The position numbers and the translations under genes were made by a program. A stretch of 64,000 nt of DNA, taken from Deltaproteobacteria bacterium. Its GTDB lineage: Bacteria > Desulfobacterota > Desulfarculia > JACQYL01. Every line of letters starts with the position of its first letter. Position 1 is the first letter of the stretch. The DNA is taken from contig JACQYL010000024.1 of the NCBI GenBank assembly GCA_016208165.1, positions 3,234 through 67,233 on the forward strand. The letters are read 5' to 3'. Shown piece by piece: positions 28,731 through 40,861 of the stretch. A model generated the notes under the pieces. The model worked only from the letters and a program-made list of their open reading frames with translations, was not told the DNA's origin and ran no database searches.

Positions 28731-30407
28731 ATGGCAGCTAACATATTATTAATAGACGACGAAGAGAACATACGATTCACTTTGAACCGATTTCTCCAGC
28801 AAGAGGGGTATAATGTATGGTGCGCATCCGACTGCGACCAGGCCCTAGAAATCATCGATAGCATCGAACTCGATGTCATTTTTGCTGACGTTATTTTGAA
28901 AGGAAGAACAGGTATTGAAATCCTGGATGAAGTCAAGAAAAGAAATATGTTATGCCCTGTTGTCATTTTTACCGGTGCGCCTAACATAGAAACGGCTTCG
29001 GATGCTGTTCGGCTAGGCGCATTTGATTATTTGCCCAAGCCTATACGCCAGGACACATTGCTTCACGTGGCAAGCAAGGCATTACGACATAAGAAACTTG
29101 CCGAAGAAAAGGAAAAATATCGTCTGAATCTCGAAGCTATTTTTAGGAGTGTCAAAGACGCTATTGTTACTGTTGATCAAAAGCTACTGATCCTCCAAGT
29201 CAATGGAAGAGCCGGAGAATTGTGTGGGATAACCCGGGAGTCGGCTGTCGGAAATGCTTTTGACTCTTTCTCAGGGGAATGCAGCATGAACTGCTTGGAG
29301 AGTCTGAAGACTACGATCCGTGAGCATCGTTCCCTTGAGGTTCGTTTCATTGAATGTGAAAGGAAAAGCCGTCCTCAACAAACCGTAAATATCAGGACTT
29401 ACCCATTGGTGGGGACCAGGAATAAAGTCCAGGGAGCTGTTCTCGTTATTAGAGATGAGACCCGACTCGTCCATCTGGAAAGGGAACTTGAAGGACGCAG
29501 TGAGCTTCATGGTATCATCGGCAAGAGTCCACAAATACAAGAGATTTATGACCTAATGGAGCGTTTGAAGGACGTCCGGAGCACCCTCTTGATAAGCGGA
29601 GAAAGCGGCACCGGGAAAGGTATGGTTGCCAGGACGATACACCGCATGGGAACTCTTCGTGGTAGGCCCTTTGTATCCGTAAACTGTTCCGCCTTGCCGG
29701 AGACCTTACTCGAAAGCGAGCTGTTCGGCCATGTCAGCGGAGCTTTCACCGGGGCCACCAAGAACCGCATGGGTCGATTCCAGAAAGCCGAGGGAGGTAC
29801 GATCTTCCTGGACGAAATTGGTGAGACCACGCCGCACATGCAGCTTCGCCTTCTCCACGTTCTGCAGGACGGGGAGTTTGAGCGTGTCGGCGATTCGACT
29901 CCGGTGAAGGTGAATGTCAGAGTAATTGCCGCCACGAACAAGGATTTAAATACTGAAATAGAAGGTGGGCGCTTCCGCGAAGACCTCTATTACCGTTTAC
30001 GGGTTGTGGAAATTGAACTGCCGCCGTTGAGAGAACGGAAGGAAGATATACCTCTCCTCGTCGATCATTTTTTGGAGAAACTGAGAATCAAACTCGATAA
30101 ACAGATCGCGTCGGTATCAGAGGATGTGCTCGAAACATTCATAGAATACCCTTGGCCGGGGAACGTCCGGGAGCTGGAGCATTCGCTGGAGCACGCATTC
30201 ATTCTTTGCAGGGAAGAAGTTATCGAGACCAGGCACCTGCCCGCTCATTTGAGAAAATTCGGTTTAACGTCCAAAGACCGGGAACACTATCACGATGTAG
30301 TCGCCGCCTTGGAGAAGGCTCGATGGAATAAAACGAAGGCGGCGGCGGTGCTGGGTATCAGCCGCCAGGAGCTCTATCGCAAGCTGAAGCGATATAAGAT
30401 CGTCTGA
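28731..30407 (+). CDS. Sigma-54-dependent response regulator (REC-PAS-AAA+-HTH)
   Basis: REC domain, PAS, GESGTGKG Walker A, GAFTGA sigma-54 contact motif, C-terminal Fis-type HTH. Confidence 0.85.
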   Translation: MAANILLIDDEENIRFTLNRFLQQEGYNVWCASDCDQALEIIDSIELDVIFADVILKGRTGIEILDEVKKRNMLCPVVIFTGAPNIETASDAVRLGAFDYLPKPIRQDTLLHVASKALRHKKLAEEKEKYRLNLEAIFRSVKDAIVTVDQKLLILQVNGRAGELCGITRESAVGNAFDSFSGECSMNCLESLKTTIREHRSLEVRFIECERKSRPQQTVNIRTYPLVGTRNKVQGAVLVIRDETRLVHLERELEGRSELHGIIGKSPQIQEIYDLMERLKDVRSTLLISGESGTGKGMVARTIHRMGTLRGRPFVSVNCSALPETLLESELFGHVSGAFTGATKNRMGRFQKAEGGTIFLDEIGETTPHMQLRLLHVLQDGEFERVGDSTPVKVNVRVIAATNKDLNTEIEGGRFREDLYYRLRVVEIELPPLRERKEDIPLLVDHFLEKLRIKLDKQIASVSEDVLETFIEYPWPGNVRELEHSLEHAFILCREEVIETRHLPAHLRKFGLTSKDREHYHDVVAALEKARWNKTKAAAVLGISRQELYRKLKRYKIV

Positions 30408-30873
30408 TCATTTACGAAGATCGTTCAGGGAGACGAGTTCCCCGTTCAAAGCGCTCGACAAGACTTCATCCTCTGTTTAAGATGGCGAAAGAACGGTCGC
30501 TTTTCACATGAAACCGGAAAGGAAAGCCTTCTCTTGGCTGTTTCACAAGGGAAATTTGAGGATATTCGGCTGGAAGAGTTTCTCCCGATGGACCTAAAGC
30601 GGCTCGCCAACCCGCAGATGGATTTGCCCCGCATCGCCAAAGACAAAAGACTCGCTTCAGACATCGAGTTCGCCATAAGGGCATGGGTTATCCGGTGCAT
30701 CGAAACGGATCGCCGGAGCAAACCGGCTCCGGAATGTTTCCAATGAAGAAGTAATAGCCATTCTTTGGAATGACGGGCATAATGGAACCCAAATAGACGG
30801 AGTGATTTGAGAAAAGCGGTTATCAGTGCGGGCGGCCCTCGGCTGTCACGTCTCAACGAGGAAGAGGTGTTCA

Positions 30874-31908
30874 ATGGCGGAAAAATGCGGCATGGATTAT
30901 GTGCGCGCGGCGTTCAAGCGCGAATTTCTGGAAAGGATTCCCGTAACCGTATCTCTGGGTCCGTTTACCGCCAAATTGGGGGGAGTCCCCCTGGGACGAT
31001 TCTTTACGGATCCCGGTAAGATGGTGGAGGCCACACTTCGCGCCTTCGATATTGTCCGGCCGGATACACTGGTTTCCCACATCGACCTCAATCTCGAAAC
31101 AGAAGCTATGGGCAACGTAATCGAATTTACAGAAGACGGCAGTCCTTTGCTTCGAAGGAAAATGCTCGCGGAAGACCAGAAGGCTTTAGTGAAAATGACG
31201 GTGCCGGATCCTGAGAAAGACGGTCGCGGACCTGTTTACCTGAAAGCCTGCAGGGATTTAGCCTCCCATTTCGGAAGGCAGGTGCCGGTGGCGTCCGTGG
31301 TGAACGGTCCCTGGAATATCGCCGTCACCCTGCGTGGCGTCGAACAACTCATGATGGACACCTATGACGAACCGGATTTCGTCCATGACTTGATGGCGTT
31401 CGCAACGGAAACGTGCAAGGTCTATTCCTCCAAGCTCAAAGACACCGGGGCCGGAGTGAGCATGACCGAGGCGGCGGCTTCCTGCAGCCTGATTTCACCG
31501 AACATGTATCGGGAGTTCATCAAACCGTATCACATGGAATTGTTTGAATATTTTAAAGCCAATAGAATAAATGTGAGTCTGCATATATGCGGCTACATTG
31601 ACCCCATTCTGGAAGACATTCTCGACTTGCCGATCCATTCTCTCAGCATCGACGCCCAGACCTCGATGCAACGCCTGCGGGACCTGGCGGGTACGAAAAT
31701 CGTGGCCATCGGGAACGTGGCCACGAACCTGTTTGCCAATGGCAAGAAAGATCGGATCGAAGCCGCTGTGAAGGAAGTGGTGGACCTATGCGCGAAAGGA
31801 AGCGCGTTCATCCTCACGTCAGGGTGCGATATCCCGTACAATTCCACCCTCGATCGGGTTCTCCATTTCATGGAATTCGGCCGGGAATACGGTACGTATG
31901 CCAAATAG
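30874..31908 (+). CDS. Uroporphyrinogen-decarboxylase-family protein (URO-D/MtaA-like corrinoid methyltransferase type)
   Basis: URO-D family fold. Start at MAEKCG with GAGGAAGAGG RBS. Confidence 0.65.
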   Translation: MAEKCGMDYVRAAFKREFLERIPVTVSLGPFTAKLGGVPLGRFFTDPGKMVEATLRAFDIVRPDTLVSHIDLNLETEAMGNVIEFTEDGSPLLRRKMLAEDQKALVKMTVPDPEKDGRGPVYLKACRDLASHFGRQVPVASVVNGPWNIAVTLRGVEQLMMDTYDEPDFVHDLMAFATETCKVYSSKLKDTGAGVSMTEAAASCSLISPNMYREFIKPYHMELFEYFKANRINVSLHICGYIDPILEDILDLPIHSLSIDAQTSMQRLRDLAGTKIVAIGNVATNLFANGKKDRIEAAVKEVVDLCAKGSAFILTSGCDIPYNSTLDRVLHFMEFGREYGTYAK

Positions 31909-32184
31909 AGCGCGGCAAGGCCTTCCGTTTATATGATTGTGTCGGACGCGCAACCGCTTCGGGAATCCGTTGTACAATATCGAACCTCTCGATCGATGGA
32001 TCGGGTCTGCTTTTGTCGAAGCCTTGACAGAAATGAAACCAGAACACGGTATTCTTTGTTGGATACAAGCATGTGACCGCTTAGCCCATGTTGAAGACCT
32101 GAATCATCAGGATTGCGATTCCCGACGATAAAACGCGCCCGTACTTATCGGGTCACGACATCTCAAAATCGGGTGGTTTCGGTT

Positions 32185-32865
32185 ATGACCTTAATCGCGG
32201 TGACGGGCCGAAAAGGTGGAAGTGGGAAAACGACGCTGTGCGCACATCTGTGTGGCGAGTTTTCACACATGGGGCACCAGGTTCTGGCGCTGGACGCCGA
32301 TCCGCAGCAGAGCCTGATCCGCTGGGCCGGCATGGGTGAAGGTCTGTTGCATCGGATTGTGGAGTCTCTGGAAGCCTCTTCCTTCGACGAATTCAACGTT
32401 CAAGTCCAGGCGGCCGCCAAGACTGCCGGACTCGTATTCCTGGACACCCCGCCAACGTTCACAGATATGGCGCTATGGGCCCACCTGGTGGCGGATCTGG
32501 CGCTCATACCGGTAAGTCCATCCCCACTGGATATTTTTGCCGCGGGAGAAACGCTCCAGGTGGTCCGAGAGGCCAACGTCCAGCGGAGGAGTCACAGGCC
32601 GAAAGCGTGGCTGGTTCCGAACCGGGTGCGGGCGTTCACAAGCGCCGGACGCGAAATTCGCGCAGCGCTCGAAGGACTGGGGGCGCCTGTAGCTCCTTCC
32701 ATAAGTTTGCGGGAAGCGGCGGCCACGGCGGCCTTGCGTGGCCTGACACTGGCCGAATATTCCCCTTCAAGCCCGGCTCGGAGAGAATTCAGCGTATTGG
32801 CCCGAGCCATCGAGGAGGAACTATGGATAAAGCAGGGAGCCTTACTCGTGCAGCGGCCCGGATAA
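32185..32865 (+). CDS. ParA/MinD-family partition ATPase
   Basis: Deviant Walker A GRKGGSGKTT with signature Lys; Walker B LVFLDTPP. Confidence 0.8.
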   Translation: MTLIAVTGRKGGSGKTTLCAHLCGEFSHMGHQVLALDADPQQSLIRWAGMGEGLLHRIVESLEASSFDEFNVQVQAAAKTAGLVFLDTPPTFTDMALWAHLVADLALIPVSPSPLDIFAAGETLQVVREANVQRRSHRPKAWLVPNRVRAFTSAGREIRAALEGLGAPVAPSISLREAAATAALRGLTLAEYSPSSPARREFSVLARAIEEELWIKQGALLVQRPG

Positions 32866-33158
32866 AGGCCGAAATCCGCCCCAACAGAGGAAATGTGGGA
32901 GGAGTCGGGAGCGCCGGCAGGTTCAACCTGGCTTCCCCGGCAGAAGATCGCACCGGATTCGTAAAGCTCTCGGTCATGCTGCCGCCGGAATTGTACGAAG
33001 CCGTCATGAGAGAAGCGACACGGCGGGCCGCTGAAGATGCCCCACGCAAACCTGAGGATCGCAGGGAAAACCACAGGCTGTCGGACGTGATTCGGGATGC
33101 CCTGACCGTCTACCTGACGAGCCTGGACGAAGAAGTGGAAAGCGCGGGACTTCCCTGA
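32823..33158 (+). CDS. Small ribbon-helix-helix (ParG/CopG-like) protein with basic disordered N-terminus
   Basis: 112 aa. Predicted RHH beta-strand plus helices: KLSVMLPPELYEAVMREA ... RLSDVIRDALTVYL. Start overlaps the parA 3' end by 43 nt. Confidence 0.55.
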   Translation: MDKAGSLTRAAARIKAEIRPNRGNVGGVGSAGRFNLASPAEDRTGFVKLSVMLPPELYEAVMREATRRAAEDAPRKPEDRRENHRLSDVIRDALTVYLTSLDEEVESAGLP

Positions 33159-33171
33159 AAAGAAACTGAAA

Positions 33172-33657
33172 ATGGACCATGTTCCCTGGCACTTCTATGT
33201 GGATTCGCAAGGATCCGTCACGCACATGTCCGGTGTGCAATTCCGCCGGTTTCTCTACGAGGGAGGAGCCCTGTTTCCGGATTTTGCCGATCGACACGTG
33301 CGGGTCGTGATCGTGTTCATGAAGCTCAAACAGCGATTACCCAGCGGAATTGCCCGTGTAGAGTTCAATAAATACCCCGTTGACGCTGAAGGGGCCCTCT
33401 CCAAGGATTACTGGCCGAAAATGTTGAAAGATACCATGGAATATATCGTTGCTCACCACGAGAGGGAAAAACGGGACGCTCAGGCCAATGTCATAGGATA
33501 CGAGCGCTTCAGCGGAAAAGGATACGAGCGGCGCTATCAATGGAAGCCGGATGACCGAACGGTTGAAATCCTGCTGGCGCTGATCGAGTCCAGGGCCGAA
33601 CTGCCGCCCCACAGTCTGTCCATGCCGGTCCAATATCGCCGAGAAACAATTCCCTGA
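33172..33657 (+). CDS. Hypothetical protein
   Basis: 161-aa ORF 14 nt after the RHH gene. No family recognised. Confidence 0.4.
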   Translation: MDHVPWHFYVDSQGSVTHMSGVQFRRFLYEGGALFPDFADRHVRVVIVFMKLKQRLPSGIARVEFNKYPVDAEGALSKDYWPKMLKDTMEYIVAHHEREKRDAQANVIGYERFSGKGYERRYQWKPDDRTVEILLALIESRAELPPHSLSMPVQYRRETIP

Positions 33658-34154
33658 AATCAGATGAACCGGTCTTTTGCGAGCAACCATTTTTCTCCAC
33701 CCATTCCACCCTCCACGGCCTGTCGAGATGGGCGGACGAGTCCATAGCGCAGGATGTTCCCGGCGGCCTGAAGCAACTCTTTTCGAAATTCCGCGTGTAT
33801 GGACTTCCCGAGTCGCATTCACCTTGTTGACGCCCATCGGACTCGTGTCATGGTATCCTGCCGTTGAAAAAGGGGATGGAAAAGTGTACTCACACAGAGA
33901 GTGTCTAAACGATGTTGCGACCGGAAAGAACCCGGCGCAGGCGGCGTGCTTCCGGCCCTTCCCTACAATAAGCATGAAAATCCCGGATCGGCCGGCGGTT
34001 AAGGCTTCCAATCGATCGCAAAGCGCGGAAGAACGTTGCGCGTCGGGTTGACAGGAACCAAGCGACCTCCCTCGAGGTTCTCGGAATTCCATTGGGACCA
34101 CGATGTGGTCCCGCAGCCGTGGAGATCCAAAGGATCTCCCAGGACATCCTGAGC

Positions 34155-35710
34155 ATGGATACTAAAAGTTACGGTAAGGCTCCCCAGAACCTGGCCATTG
34201 TAGGCGGAGGCCGGACATGCAAATTTTTCCTGAAGTTGTTCTCTTTGAATGCTTTTACCAGATTCAAAATCAAGGTTGTGGGTGTCTGCGACACCAACCC
34301 GGAGGCGGAAGGCTACCGCATGGCCCGGGACATGGGTATTTACACTACCACCGATTTGCGGGAGCTGCTGCAAATCGAAGATTTGAACGCTGTCATTGAA
34401 TCAACCAACAGCCGCGAGGTGCTGTACGATCTGATCAAGTTGAGACCCGAGCGCGTGGGAATCCTTGAACTCAACATCGCCCGATGGTTGCTTCAGTTCG
34501 TTGCGGTGGATCAGAAGCGCAGGCCATTGGAACAGCAAGTCCTTTTCGAGAAGATGATCTCCGAGTTTCTCATCCAACAGGTGACCCAGCGAATCCTGGT
34601 GTTGAATACCGATTTCACCATAGCCGAGGCCAATGCCGCGTGTCTGGAATCCATTCAAAAGACCCGAAAAGATGTGATCGGCGCACCCTGTTACAGCGTC
34701 ATCCGTGGATTCAACGCACCCTGCGCCAGTACGGATTTCGGCCTGACCTGTCCCATGTTGGAAACGATCCGGACCGGCAGATCCTCACGCGTCATTGAGC
34801 CGGACCTGAAGGCGGATGATCCGCTGTCATACAGCGAGATCGTGACGTATCCGATCAAGGATCCAAATGGCGACATTGTGCGTATCATCGAGATTTGGCG
34901 TGATATTTCTCGGGATATCTCGTCTCAATGGATTCAGCGACAAAAGGAATCCAAGGCGGATCTGGATAAACTGATCCAGGAGGATCGACTTATTTCACTG
35001 GGCAAGCTGGTTGCGAGCTGCGTTCATGAAATCAACAACCCGATCCAGGGGCTCATAACGTTTAGCCACATCATACTCGACATCCTGAAAGAAGGGAAGA
35101 TTGGTCCTGAGGACGCCGAGCAATTGCGCAAGTTTGCGGAGCTCATGTCCACCGAACTCGAACGTTGCGGCGCCATCGTTTCCGGCCTGCTGTCCTTTTC
35201 CAGGGAATCATCCATGGAGTACCGGGACACCAATCTCAACGACGTACTCACGGCGGTGCTCAACTTGACCCGCCATCGAATCAAACTGCAGGACATCGAA
35301 TTGAAGGTCGAACTGGCTCCGGACATGTTGAGCATTCACGGTGACGCCAACAAGTTGCAGCAGTGTTTTCTCAATTTGATCTTCAACTCCATCGAGGCGA
35401 TGCCGTCCGGCGGGCGTCTGGAAATCATCTCGCGGCTGGATCCGAAACTGGAATCGGTCTCTGTCGAAATCCACGACACCGGCGTCGGCATTTCGCCTGA
35501 AAATTTGGATCATATCTTCGATCCTTTCTTCACGACAAAACCCATGGGCGAAGGCACCGGTCTGGGTCTATCCATCGTCTACGGAGTGGTCAAAAGCCAT
35601 GGCGGAAAAGTCGCGGTGAACAGCCGGGTCAATGAGGGGACCAATTTTATTCTCCAGTTTCCGATTCCTACCGGGGATTGGATTACGCTTCCCCACCAGG
35701 AGGATGCTCC

Positions 35711-35714
<4 letters not shown>
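34155..35714 (+). CDS. PAS-domain sensor histidine kinase
   Basis: H-box CVHEINNP and ATPase G-boxes (GTGLGLSIV). Start at MDTKSYGK. Confidence 0.8.
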
Positions 35715-37057
<1,343 letters not shown>

Positions 37058-37121
37058 GTCCGGCTCGGCGCGTTCGCCGATTCGGATCTTTCTCGTACGA
37101 ACGCAAATCCTTTGGCCGTCG

Positions 37122-37682
37122 ATGAAAGCTGATACGAAGCGGATTGGTGTAGTGGCTGTAGGAAAGGCGCCCCCTCTATCAGTCAAGGTGATAGCGGCCC
37201 ATGTCTCCGGCTATCTTCATCTAACCACGGACACCCTCGCCCCCTGGGATCTCCCCCGAGAGGCCTACGATTCGAAAAGGCATCAATATAACGCGGCCCA
37301 TCTATTGAAGGCGTTCGAGTCCAAACCGCTCGACACATGCGGCAAGGTCATCGCCGTGTTCGACGTGGACATCTTTGTCCCCATATTCACCCATGTGTTC
37401 GGTGAGGCCATGCTGGGAGGAAAAGTGGCTCTCGTGTCTCTCTATCGGCTGGGGAAAGCCGAAGGTTCGAACACTCCCGAGTTTTCGACCGTTTTGGAGC
37501 GGGCCGCCAAGATCGCCTTGCACGAGTTGGGACACCTGTTCAATGTCATGCATTGCACGGACGAAAGGTGCCTTATGCGTTTTGCCGGAAACCTGGACGA
37601 TCTGGATCGCATACCCTTCCAGTTTTGCCGCTACTGCACCACTTTCCTGGAGGACGCCACGCACGCTCCCGCATTTCCGTAA
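37122..37682 (+). CDS. Archaemetzincin-like zinc peptidase (M54 family)
   Basis: HELGHLFNVMHC...C zinc motif plus C-terminal CRYC. Confidence 0.65.
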   Translation: MKADTKRIGVVAVGKAPPLSVKVIAAHVSGYLHLTTDTLAPWDLPREAYDSKRHQYNAAHLLKAFESKPLDTCGKVIAVFDVDIFVPIFTHVFGEAMLGGKVALVSLYRLGKAEGSNTPEFSTVLERAAKIALHELGHLFNVMHCTDERCLMRFAGNLDDLDRIPFQFCRYCTTFLEDATHAPAFP

Positions 37683-38038
37683 CCTCGATGCGCCTTACGG
37701 ACTGTAGAACTGCATCCGCAAGGGTGAAAACCAACAAATGCCGGATTTCGGTCGTTTTGCACCCGCCGATCCAACCTTACCGGCTGCAGGTTTTGAAACG
37801 GGGTGGATTTCGGGGCCTCTTTCAGAGCTATCCTTCAAAGCTGCAAGGGGCGGGTTTTCCATCGACAGGCTCAGGACCTACGGCAAACCCGCCCCTACGA
37901 GACAAACCGGAAAGGGCTCGAGAAATCGAACGGTTTCCAAGAATTCAGCCGTTCCGTTTAGGGCTGTGTAGCGATTCTCGGAAAATTTTAAGTCCGAGGG
38001 AAACTATCTAGAGTCTCCCTCAGCACCTGTCTTTCCAA

Positions 38039-38974
38039 CTATTTGCTCGTATGCAGAAACCGGTCGACCAAGCCGTTCCATTCGATACCTTCGCAGTTGC
38101 CGAAGACATCGTCCACCACCTCGGCGCCGGTGGCCGCCAGCGCGGCGTATTCAGGACCCAAAATCCCCATCAGCTTCTGTTGCTCCTGTTCCATCCAATG
38201 GACGCTTTCATCACCGTAATAGAGGCCTTTCAAATTCCGCTTGGGCATGTTCGGCTCGATAATCATCAGCCATCCGTGTTGATAGGGATCTTTGTGGGCG
38301 ATTTCCGGATGGTCCATGACTGCATGGTTCACCGCCAGGACCTTCCCCGTCACGGGACACAGCACGGACGCCTCATGTTGTTCGCGCGCAAAGCTCCACC
38401 CCACCTTGTCTTGGGACACGCTTCTTCCCAAAGACGGAAGCGCCACCGAACTCATCGTGCCGAACACGCGGGAGAGGAAGTCATCGAATCCCACTCGTAC
38501 GACGCCGCCATGTTCGAACCGCACCCAGGTATGCCCCATATGGTAGTAGTAGCCTTCCGCGATTTTGAATCCGGACGCCAGCCGGTACTTGGGGGCATCC
38601 AGTTCCTGGCTCAAATCCACTTCATCCAGCCACTGGTCGAAGGCGCAATGGTAGCACTCGTTGTTCAAAGGGCATATCTTCGGTGCATTGATGCGGCCGG
38701 TGAGCGCATGACGGCACGGCCGGTTGGCGCCGATATAGCGGCTCCTCAACTCCTCGCTCCAACCGGGTGCAAACAGCTGAGAAACATCCTCCGGCTTCTT
38801 CTGCCCGGCCCGGCTCATCGCCTTGTCAAAGCCGCAGGTGTTGCAGTCATAGGCATTGTCACAGACCCGGTAATTGATGACCCCGGCTTTCGCCCAGATG
38901 CACTGGTTTTCCACCACCTGGAAGCTGACCACCCGTTTCTTACCATCACTCGGCTTATTTCCCTTTGCTTTCAT
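38039..38974 (-). CDS. Fusion of two Cys/His-rich modules with a glycine-cleavage-H-like (lipoyl-domain fold) domain lacking the lipoyl-lysine
   Basis: Module A NQCIWAKAGVINYRVCDNAYDCNTCGFD; module B RPCRHALTGRINAPKICPLNNECYHCAFDQWLD. C-terminal GcvH-like HTWV...GFDDF...PVTGKVLAVN...DPYQHGWL, with AREQHEA where GcvH has ESVKAAS. Confidence 0.6.
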   Translation of the reverse strand: MKAKGNKPSDGKKRVVSFQVVENQCIWAKAGVINYRVCDNAYDCNTCGFDKAMSRAGQKKPEDVSQLFAPGWSEELRSRYIGANRPCRHALTGRINAPKICPLNNECYHCAFDQWLDEVDLSQELDAPKYRLASGFKIAEGYYYHMGHTWVRFEHGGVVRVGFDDFLSRVFGTMSSVALPSLGRSVSQDKVGWSFAREQHEASVLCPVTGKVLAVNHAVMDHPEIAHKDPYQHGWLMIIEPNMPKRNLKGLYYGDESVHWMEQEQQKLMGILGPEYAALAATGAEVVDDVFGNCEGIEWNGLVDRFLHTSK

Positions 38975-39004
38975 TTTAATATCTCCCTGTCATAAATAAT
39001 ATTT

Positions 39005-39223
39005 TCAATGCATCTGCCTGGCATCAATAGTGGAATCCATCGGTTCCCCGCTCCGCATGAGGTTCGCACCGTCAGCCTCATCCATGTAATCGAGCCACTG
39101 GTCGAAAGCGCAATGAAAGCATTCGTAGTTGAATATGCAGGTTTTGGGTTCATCCACCCGCCCACTCAGGACATGGACGCAAGGCCCACGTCGGCCGTTG
39201 TTCGAATGCGTATTCTTTTGCAT
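39005..39223 (-). CDS. 72-aa Cys/His-rich small protein, paralog 1
   Basis: RRGPCVHVLSGRVDEPKTCIFNYECFHCAFDQWLDYMDE (C-x13-C-x5-C-x2-C). Paralogous to 39314-39532 and to module B of 38039-38974. Confidence 0.55.
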   Translation of the reverse strand: MQKNTHSNNGRRGPCVHVLSGRVDEPKTCIFNYECFHCAFDQWLDYMDEADGANLMRSGEPMDSTIDARQMH

Positions 39224-39313
39224 GTTGGAGCCCCCTCTCAGCAGAACGCCTTGCGTTCCTTCCTATTACTTTGGTCCGAATTCTCTTTCTTTCATGCGGA
39301 CAAATCCGGCGCT

Positions 39314-39532
39314 TCACGCCGCCTGTAATTCCAGGCTCGGCGCCCTCGTCGATTCTCCCGTCTTCAGGTCGCTTTGGTCGATGAACTCATCCATGTAATC
39401 GAGCCACTGATCGAAAGCGCAATGAGAGCATTCGTGGTTGAATATGCAGGTTTTGGGTCCATCCACCCGCCCGCTCCGGACGTGGACACATGGTCCGCGT
39501 CGGCCGTTGTCGGAGTGTGTATTTTTTCGCAT
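39314..39532 (-). CDS. 72-aa Cys/His-rich small protein, paralog 2
   Basis: RRGPCVHVRSGRVDGPKTCIFNHECSHCAFDQWLDYMDE. Tandem duplicate with 309-bp period. Confidence 0.55.
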   Translation of the reverse strand: MRKNTHSDNGRRGPCVHVRSGRVDGPKTCIFNHECSHCAFDQWLDYMDEFIDQSDLKTGESTRAPSLELQAA

Positions 39533-39924
39533 CTTGGAACCCTCCTTTCAGTGAGACATTGCCCGTCTCTTGACCTCCATATAGAGCAAGGACGATGCCA
39601 CCGCGCGCCCGAAGCGGTTTTATTTAAGTAACCCGTTTATTTTACTTTGTTTTTTCGGATGAACGTGGCGGGTCAGTCGGGAATCGGTCACCAAGCGGAC
39701 CGAAGAGGAAATGATGAAAACCGCTACACCTACCCGCGGCGGGAAAGCCCATGGTCAAAATATATGTAGTTATTACAATTGGTTCTATCTGTGTCGCAAT
39801 TTTCGACACACCGTATTGATATTGTCTATCATCGTTACACGCTTGGGAGGAGAAAAGGATTGGTTCAGGGGATCGCGGCTGGAAGGGTTTCTTATTTTTC
39901 GTCATTCGGGACTTAGCGGTTTCT

Positions 39925-39975
39925 AAAACCTGAAAGAAGCCCGAGGGAAACCATTCAGGGTTTCCCCCCGGGCCA
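39925..39975 (-). terminator. Probable intrinsic terminator for the SBP gene
   Basis: Inverted repeat CCCGAGGGAAACC / GGTTTCCCCCCGGG. On the minus-strand RNA it is followed by a U-rich run. Confidence 0.4.
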
Positions 39976-40006
39976 AACAACAGCATATGCACTTTCCGGC
40001 TCCAGA

Positions 40007-40861
40007 TTAGTCTGTAGGCGGATGTCCCGAAGCGGGAGGCAGCCTGCTCAGCCAGGAGTCGTCCTCGAACCAGCGAACTCTCATTTCTTCGAGTTCTCCA
40101 TTGTCCTCGATGGCGCTCAACGTGTTTTGCATCCAGTTCATCAGCAGCGGATCGTTTTTCGGCAAAGCGACTCCAATCGGCTCGTAGGTAAATGTGGACA
40201 CCAGGGCCACCAGGTTTTCGTCAGGATGTCTCAGTGCGTACACGACGCAGACGGGATAATCGGCAATCATTGCATCGGCTTCATTCCGGAGCACCAGATT
40301 CACGGCTTGGTCATAATCCTTAACGGTCACGAGCCTGGCATTCGGTATGAACTTTTTCACAAACAGTTCGCTGGTGGAATTCTCGAGGGTGGTTAAAGTG
40401 GTATCCGGGGTATTGATCTCGGAGGGATCTTTGACACCGTCCAATGTTGGTATTTTGGTCAGAATGGATTTTCCCGATACAAAATAGGGCCCTATAAAGG
40501 CGACTCTGAGATTCCGATCCGGAGTGATCGTCATGCCGGACAGAATCATGTCGATCTTTCCGTTCTCGAGCGCCGGCAACAGATCGGAAAAAGGCATGGT
40601 CTCGAACCGGAGCTTCACTCCCATGGAGGTAGCCAGATACGCGGCCATGTCCGCCTCGAGACCGATGATGTCTCCCTCCCGGGTGATCATGTTGAGCGGC
40701 GGCATATTCCCCACCGTACCGACGATCAGCTCCCCTCTCGAGAGAATCCTGTCTATGACCGGCGATCCCGAGATTTGAACCTGGGTTTCCGTCACGCAGG
40801 CGAATACCGGCATAAGACACAACGCCAGAGCCAAAAGCAGAAAGCCGGCAGCCTTTCTCAT
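40007..40861 (-). CDS. Periplasmic amino-acid-type solute-binding protein (family 3)
   Basis: Signal peptide plus SBP_bac_3 sequence. Start trimmed to MRKAAGFLLL. Confidence 0.7.
   Translation of the reverse strand: MRKAAGFLLLALALCLMPVFACVTETQVQISGSPVIDRILSRGELIVGTVGNMPPLNMITREGDIIGLEADMAAYLATSMGVKLRFETMPFSDLLPALENGKIDMILSGMTITPDRNLRVAFIGPYFVSGKSILTKIPTLDGVKDPSEINTPDTTLTTLENSTSELFVKKFIPNARLVTVKDYDQAVNLVLRNEADAMIADYPVCVVYALRHPDENLVALVSTFTYEPIGVALPKNDPLLMNWMQNTLSAIEDNGELEEMRVRWFEDDSWLSRLPPASGHPPTD

Noticed and set aside
30408-30873. Sigma-54 promoter (TGGCAC-N5-TTGC) upstream of the URO-D-family gene, expected because a sigma-54 activator is adjacent
   Set aside because: Searched the spacer by eye. 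Only imperfect candidates with wrong GG-GC spacing (e.g. TGGAATGACGGGCAT). Cannot support a call without a matrix scan.
32475-33158. 227-aa ORF overlapping the parA 3' half
   Set aside because: The first ~115 codons are an alternative frame of parA (Pro/Gly/Arg-rich). Only the in-frame C-terminal 112 aa from ATG 32823 form a plausible RHH protein.
38051-38995. 314-aa + strand ORF
   Set aside because: Fully antisense to the Cys-rich/GcvH-like gene, which has recognisable domain signatures. His/Arg/Pro-rich artefact typical of high-GC antisense frames.
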